Origin: Lingula anatina
Lineage: Eukaryota; Animalia; Brachiopoda
Assembly (NCBI GenBank): GCA_051362555.1
Contig: CM120640.1
Location: 65,822,788-65,886,787, forward strand
Direction of reading: 5' to 3'
Length of the DNA: 64,000 nucleotides
In this document: in pieces, positions 59,601 through 64,000 of the stretch
Layout of the letters: each line of letters opens with the position of its first letter
Numbering within the stretch: position 1 is the stretch's first letter
The notes under the pieces: model-generated
Told to the model about the DNA's origin: nothing
The model's database searches: none
What the model saw: only the letters and a program-made list of their open reading frames with translations
Translations under genes and position numbers: made by a program

Positions 59601-61317
59601 TCTGGGCCTCCTCAGGCACAGTTTCCACAAACTTAGGCCTCACCTTTGCCTCTGCTTCAGTAAATGTCTGAGAGAAGCCTGTTGGTAGTTTGTCTAGAAT
59701 AATACTCATATAATTTACTCAAGTTGATTCTTTAAAATAACACTTCCTTACCTATTTCTTTACTTTTCTGCTCTTGATAAATACAAAATATTGCACAGAA
59801 CAAAAACTTGAAAATGCTTTTAGAAAACTGCCAATGCAGTTCTATCATTGTTCTAATAATCTTTTAAATCATTAATTAATGGATCCCAAAATCTATCTGA
59901 CCTATTCTGAAAATTATATCAAAATTCATCCATAACATTTTAAGATGGACTGATAACTAACACACTAACAAAGGCAAAACATATCCTTCTTGGGGAGTTG
60001 ATAAGCCCTTACCATTAGGAGTATATAAGCAGAGCCAGTCCAGGGCATCAATCAAGTCTCCTCCATAGATGACAGTGTTAGTCAGAGCCTTGTCTATCTG
60101 ATCATGACTGAAACCAGCTCCAGATAAACTGTTGTACATGTCCTAGAAATAATAATAATAATAATAATAATAAATATCTAATATAATTATCTCAAAAAAT
60201 AAAGGCTTTTCTGGTTTCAATAAAAAAGCAAACTTCTCATCTAATCTGATTTGCAAAAAAATTCTTTTAAACCAAGCAAAAAAAGGGAGTCTATAACTGA
60301 AATATTCCTTATCAGATACTTTGAAATGACTGCTTTATCACAATTAAAACAACAAGTGGAACTTTTCAATAACTGACAAACTACTGAATGTTTTCCTAAC
60401 TTACAGTTAATTTTTTAGCAGTTAGTCTGTTAGAAACAAGTCCTAGAATTTTATGTTGTGCTTTACTTTCTTGGATCACATCAAGGATAGCTGCTTTCTT
60501 GTCCTTGGGAATAGATACCTGAAATAACAACAGCAAACTGTTCACTTACAAGAAACTGACCACTTGGCATATATTATGGAAATTCCTATGGGGACATGCA
60601 TTCAATTGTCAAAACTGTTTGATGAAAATGTACATTTATAATTTGTGTAAAAATAAATAGATCTGATACTCTGTATATCTGCTGATCAGGTCTTAAGAAT
60701 ACACGTTATCAGTCACCTTGTTGAATGAACTTATGCATACAGACTGAGGGTTGAAAAGAAAACCAAACTCTGGGAACAAACCTATAGGGTAAATATTGAA
60801 CAGCTAAATTTGTATAGCTGCTACAAATTATAATTTGCAAGAGTACTTTAAGTTTGCAAGAAAATCTGTATACCTCATTTGCATGGTATACATTCCTTCT
60901 TGCACATTTGCGATGAGGTCTGAAATTTTGCATCAATTACCTTTGGGAGTTGAGCTTCATCTACTCCAGGACCGACTGGTAAAGAATAATTTTTCTTTTC
61001 TGAAATAAAATGAACAAAAACGTAAAACAATTTGGGATAATTTCAATAGTTATTGCATTATGCCACTATATAAAATGCCGATCACTGAGATAACACTGTA
61101 ATGTTTTACCTCACTGTCTGCAATGTTTGCCATTATTACAATGTACATGTACATGTACCAGCGGTCTTCAGTCATACTGCTCGGCATTAGCATATTACTC
61201 ACTTTAATGTATTATTTTGCCACATATAACGATAGCACTCTACTTACTTTGTTCGTCAACAACATCTCGATCTTTGTCTTTTGTTCCGTTATCATTCTTG
61301 GCTTTCTTTTTTCCCAT
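44618..61317 (-). CDS. DHX29: ATP-dependent DExH RNA helicase DHX29
   Basis: MGKKKAK start; [20 protein letters not shown] (UBA-like); [21 protein letters not shown] (DHX29 dsRBD-like signature); [14 protein letters not shown]; DEVH; ILMSAT; [21 protein letters not shown]; QRQGRAGRV; [12 protein letters not shown]; HPSSVN. About 29 exons; last exon ends LITLERFKS*. Confidence 0.95.
49000..51345 (-). pseudogene. Decayed spliced accessory gene inside the CACTA element
   Basis: Exon-like pieces with splice sites: AAGATGGCG...CAG|GTAGGT (about 51345-51283); [12 protein letters not shown] (about 49700); [17 protein letters not shown] (49483-49383); in-frame stops; the latter two exons are paralogous. 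Confidence 0.45.
50830..50893. repeat. 12-bp minisatellite (CAGAATTCACCT-like, about 5 copies)
   Basis: Seen directly. Confidence 0.8.
51855..52273. mobile_element. MITE nested in the CACTA element
   Basis: ATATCTGCACGTCCACGATACGGGGTAACAACA pairs with TGTTGTTACCCAGTATCGTGGATGTGCAGATAT (2 mismatches in 33); TSD TA or ATAT. Confidence 0.8.
52910..53660. repeat. Tandem array of about 157-180-bp units (4-5 copies) inside the CACTA element
   Basis: GTGGTTTTCT...GATCCTCTAGCCAGGCAAATTATGGAGAGGTGACCTC recurs at about 52916, 53095, 53251, 53410 and, degenerate, near 53600. Confidence 0.85.
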
Positions 61318-61473
61318 CACTGACAATTTGTGGATGCACTTCTATGTCCACTTGCTAATAAACTACACGTGCTTTTACCTGTAGAGGGCGCTGAAGGATT
61401 ATTTCCCCATAATTTTATCCAATCAACTCGCAGTAAAATCGTCGTTATCACGCGGAACTTGTTTGTTGACAGT
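61318..61473. promoter_or_regulatory. Bidirectional promoter between DHX29 and the divergent gene
   Basis: 156 bp between opposing ATGs; CACGTG, CCTGTAGAGGGCGCT (CTCF-like), CCAATCA and GCGGAAC motifs. Confidence 0.75.
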
Positions 61474-63308
61474 ATGGCGGCTGCTGCTGTCACTTCGCGC
61501 CTCTCTCCAGTAGACTTTTCACCCGAAAAAAATACTGAAGAAAATGATGCTGGAAATGAAGACCCTGCTGATTGTTCCATCGATTCAAGCATCCTCTCCG
61601 GCGCTAAGTTTGCTGAAAGCCAAGCGTTTAAGAACAAAAAGGGCAAACACACCACGGTCACTCCGCTGATCATTGATTTCAGACGTTTGCTGCAGAGTTC
61701 AAAACTTGGTGAAACTATCGATATAATACCTGGGGTAAGGCAGCTGTGTTAGAAAAAAATTTCGATGCTTTATTTATTAAGAGTTTTTTTGTTTTTTTTT
61801 ATCCAGGGCTGTGGTTCAAGATGATCGATATTTTAATCTAAAACTTTATTAAGTGTATTGAAGGGAGATGTTTTCCTGACGCTGTCACTTCGAAGCACAT
61901 TTGTACTTGTTTGAAGGGTGGCTGTGGGGGGAGGGCTGAAAGAGAAAAGATGGAATAAATACCTTTGTTTTTTATCATTGGTGAATTAATTTAAATCTTT
62001 AAACATTATTTTGAAAGTCTAACAGTAATTGCAAATATTTAGCCAATGGGACTTTATTTTAAAAAGTGCTTTCCCGTTTTTATGTACTGACGCTAAAACT
62101 TTATTAAGTGTATTGAAGGGAGATGTTTTCCTGACGCTGTCACTTCGAAGCACATTTGTACTTGTTTGAAGGGTGGCTGTGGGGGGAGGGCTGAAAGAGA
62201 AAAGATGGAATAAATACCTTTGTTTTTTATCATTGGTGAATTAATTTAAATCTTTAAACATTATTTTGAAAGTCTAACAGTAATTGCAAATATTTAGCCA
62301 ATGGGACTTTATTTTAAAAAGTGCTTTCCCGTTTTTATGTACTGACGCAGAGAAGTGTCTGTACACATTGCCATCACTACCCTCCATCTATCGATGTCAC
62401 CTGAGATGAGGGCAGGGGATCGGAATCCATTCACATTTCTTGTTCCCACAACAGGGAAGCAATATTATCATTTTGCTTCAAACTCATTTTTAGTGGCCAT
62501 ATTGTGCCTTAATTACTGGTAGAATGCAGGCAAAGTTTTTAAATGGACATGAACTGATTCTTCCTTTCATTTTAAAATAGTTTTAAAAAATTTGCCTTTG
62601 TGAACACTGTATCATCGAAATGATGAATCTGTTTCAGGTAAAACCTGCTTGGGTTAATTGTTAGGCTAAATTCAGGTCAAGTTAAAAATTGGTCATGACC
62701 GTCCAATTACTGTATAGTTCCGATTAAAAAATCTTTTCCTACAAACATCATGTTCTTAGTTACATGCAATATACAGATTTAGAACATATTTAAATGTGTT
62801 GTATGCATATTTGTAAGCCAGCATTGGTTTGCATGTTAAAAGATGCACACACTGGATGTGTTCAGATAAAAGTTATCAGTCCAACAGAATTGATGTATCT
62901 CAGCAGGGATTTTCACTAATTAAGGCACAGTCAATGCAATCACCTCAATTATCTGGAATGTCCCCTTGTAACTTAAAATACGTGGGTAAGGTCAAGAAAA
63001 CATTGTGTTCTATGATGTTGTTCATGTTGTTTTGCGAGAGGGCGTGCCGGACAATTAAGCTGATTACATTGACTGAGCCTCAGCAAGAATCCCCACTGAG
63101 ATAGATCAATCCTGCTGGACTGATAACTTTAAATCTGAACACAGCCATACACATACAGAATTTGTCTTTCAGGTCCCCAACAAAGAACTTCTCCATGCAG
63201 TTGTTGGTCTGTATTCTGTATCTTTGTCTGAAATGACACCTGATGTATTATATTCTACAGTGTGTGAAAAATGGGCAAGAACAATTGTGCTAATCAGAGA
63301 TATTAAAG
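61474..63308 (+). CDS. 5' part of an uncharacterised gene, possibly a divergent GCN5-related (GNAT) acetyltransferase; continues beyond the window
   Basis: Exon 61474-61734 (MAAAAVTSR...DIIPG|GTAAGG, phase 0) and 63173-63308 (VPNKELLHAVVGLYSVSLSEMTPDVLYSTVCEKWARTIVLIRDIK, TTTCAG acceptor, GTAGGA donor). The gene model is better supported than the product call. Confidence 0.7.
61838..62347. repeat. 255-bp apparently identical tandem duplication
   Basis: CTAAAACTTTATT...TACTGACG at 61838-62092 and 62093-62347. Confidence 0.95.
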
Positions 63309-63894
63309 GTAGGATGTTTGATATGACTAGGTGAATTGTTTTGTGGCAAATACAGTTATTTATGGATATGAAATGTGACTTTTGATATCATTTACTGTTT
63401 GTTTGATATTAAGATAATTTTGAAATTCTATTTGTTGTTGTGGCAATACAGGTTTTGAAAGTGACTGTGTAAGAACCTATGATAACCAATATAAAGTCAG
63501 TGATTATAGAATGCCCTCATCACCTTTTGCACCTTCTATTATGATTACTGTAGTCATTATGTCACGAGAATTGTTTTCTAGTAGTAATGCAACAATAGAT
63601 TGATCTGTGGTAGTAAAAGTCAACTGTGTGTGTCTTTGTTTACTGAGATTAGTGTGAGGTGTTCGATAGTATTGGATAACATTGCATAATTTGTTTGTGT
63701 GCTTTCTGCACAGAATAAATCAATGTCTGAGTTCCCTTTTGGAAAACAGTGTAGTTGCTTGCATTTGGTATTGATTTGATACTTAATACTAGAAAAGCAC
63801 TCAGAGAGTGCAGGCCTCTGCCAAGGCAGCAAAGTCTCCATCCAATGTGGTTTCACCCCTAAATTTTTGATATTTTTGATTATTGATTGATTAT

Positions 63895-64000
63895 TGATCT
63901 GGATCACCACCAAAAACCAATCATCTGTTCCTTTGCCCACTTCTGACAGTTCCTGAAAATTTCATCAAAATCAGTCCATAACTTTTTGAGTTATATTGAT
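63895..64000. mobile_element. Helitron/Helentron-type non-autonomous repeat fragment
   Basis: GATCTGGATCACCACCAAAA...CCTGAAAATTTCATCAAAATCAGTCCATAACTTTTTGAGTTAT resembles a widespread animal Helitron-derived repeat as I recall it; truncated by the window edge. Confidence 0.45.

Noticed and set aside
61474-63308. Calling the DHX29 neighbour MTREX or KAT2A
   Set aside because: No helicase-like sequence; too divergent and too N-terminal for true GCN5/PCAF.
63620-63940. 106-aa minus ORF
   Set aside because: Starts in a repeat fragment, no recognisable domain, intronic on the opposite strand.

Overview
AT-rich, intron-rich eukaryotic DNA, probably from a marine invertebrate (lophotrochozoan-like; this is inference). 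1-14 kb is a nested transposon graveyard: a Harbinger-type MITE, P-type transposase and C2H2 remnants, a DUF6589-like pseudogene, Penelope and LINE fragments, and CCC-ended elements. 15.6-21.9 kb holds an uncharacterised, probably disordered ~670-aa protein gene (+). SPEF2 (+, 24135-44081, about 42 coding exons) lies tail-to-tail with DHX29 (-, 61317-44618, about 29 coding exons). DHX29 is head-to-head, across 156 bp, with a gene whose second exon resembles the start of a GCN5/PCAF acetyltransferase domain. The most unusual signals are two tandem arrays in SPEF2 that each amplify a splice junction (17 in-frame acceptors; 35 donors), a 5.9-kb CACTG-ended transposon in a DHX29 intron, and a possible >10-kb composite transposon at the left end. 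All calls are from manual reading and remembered family motifs; no searches were run.
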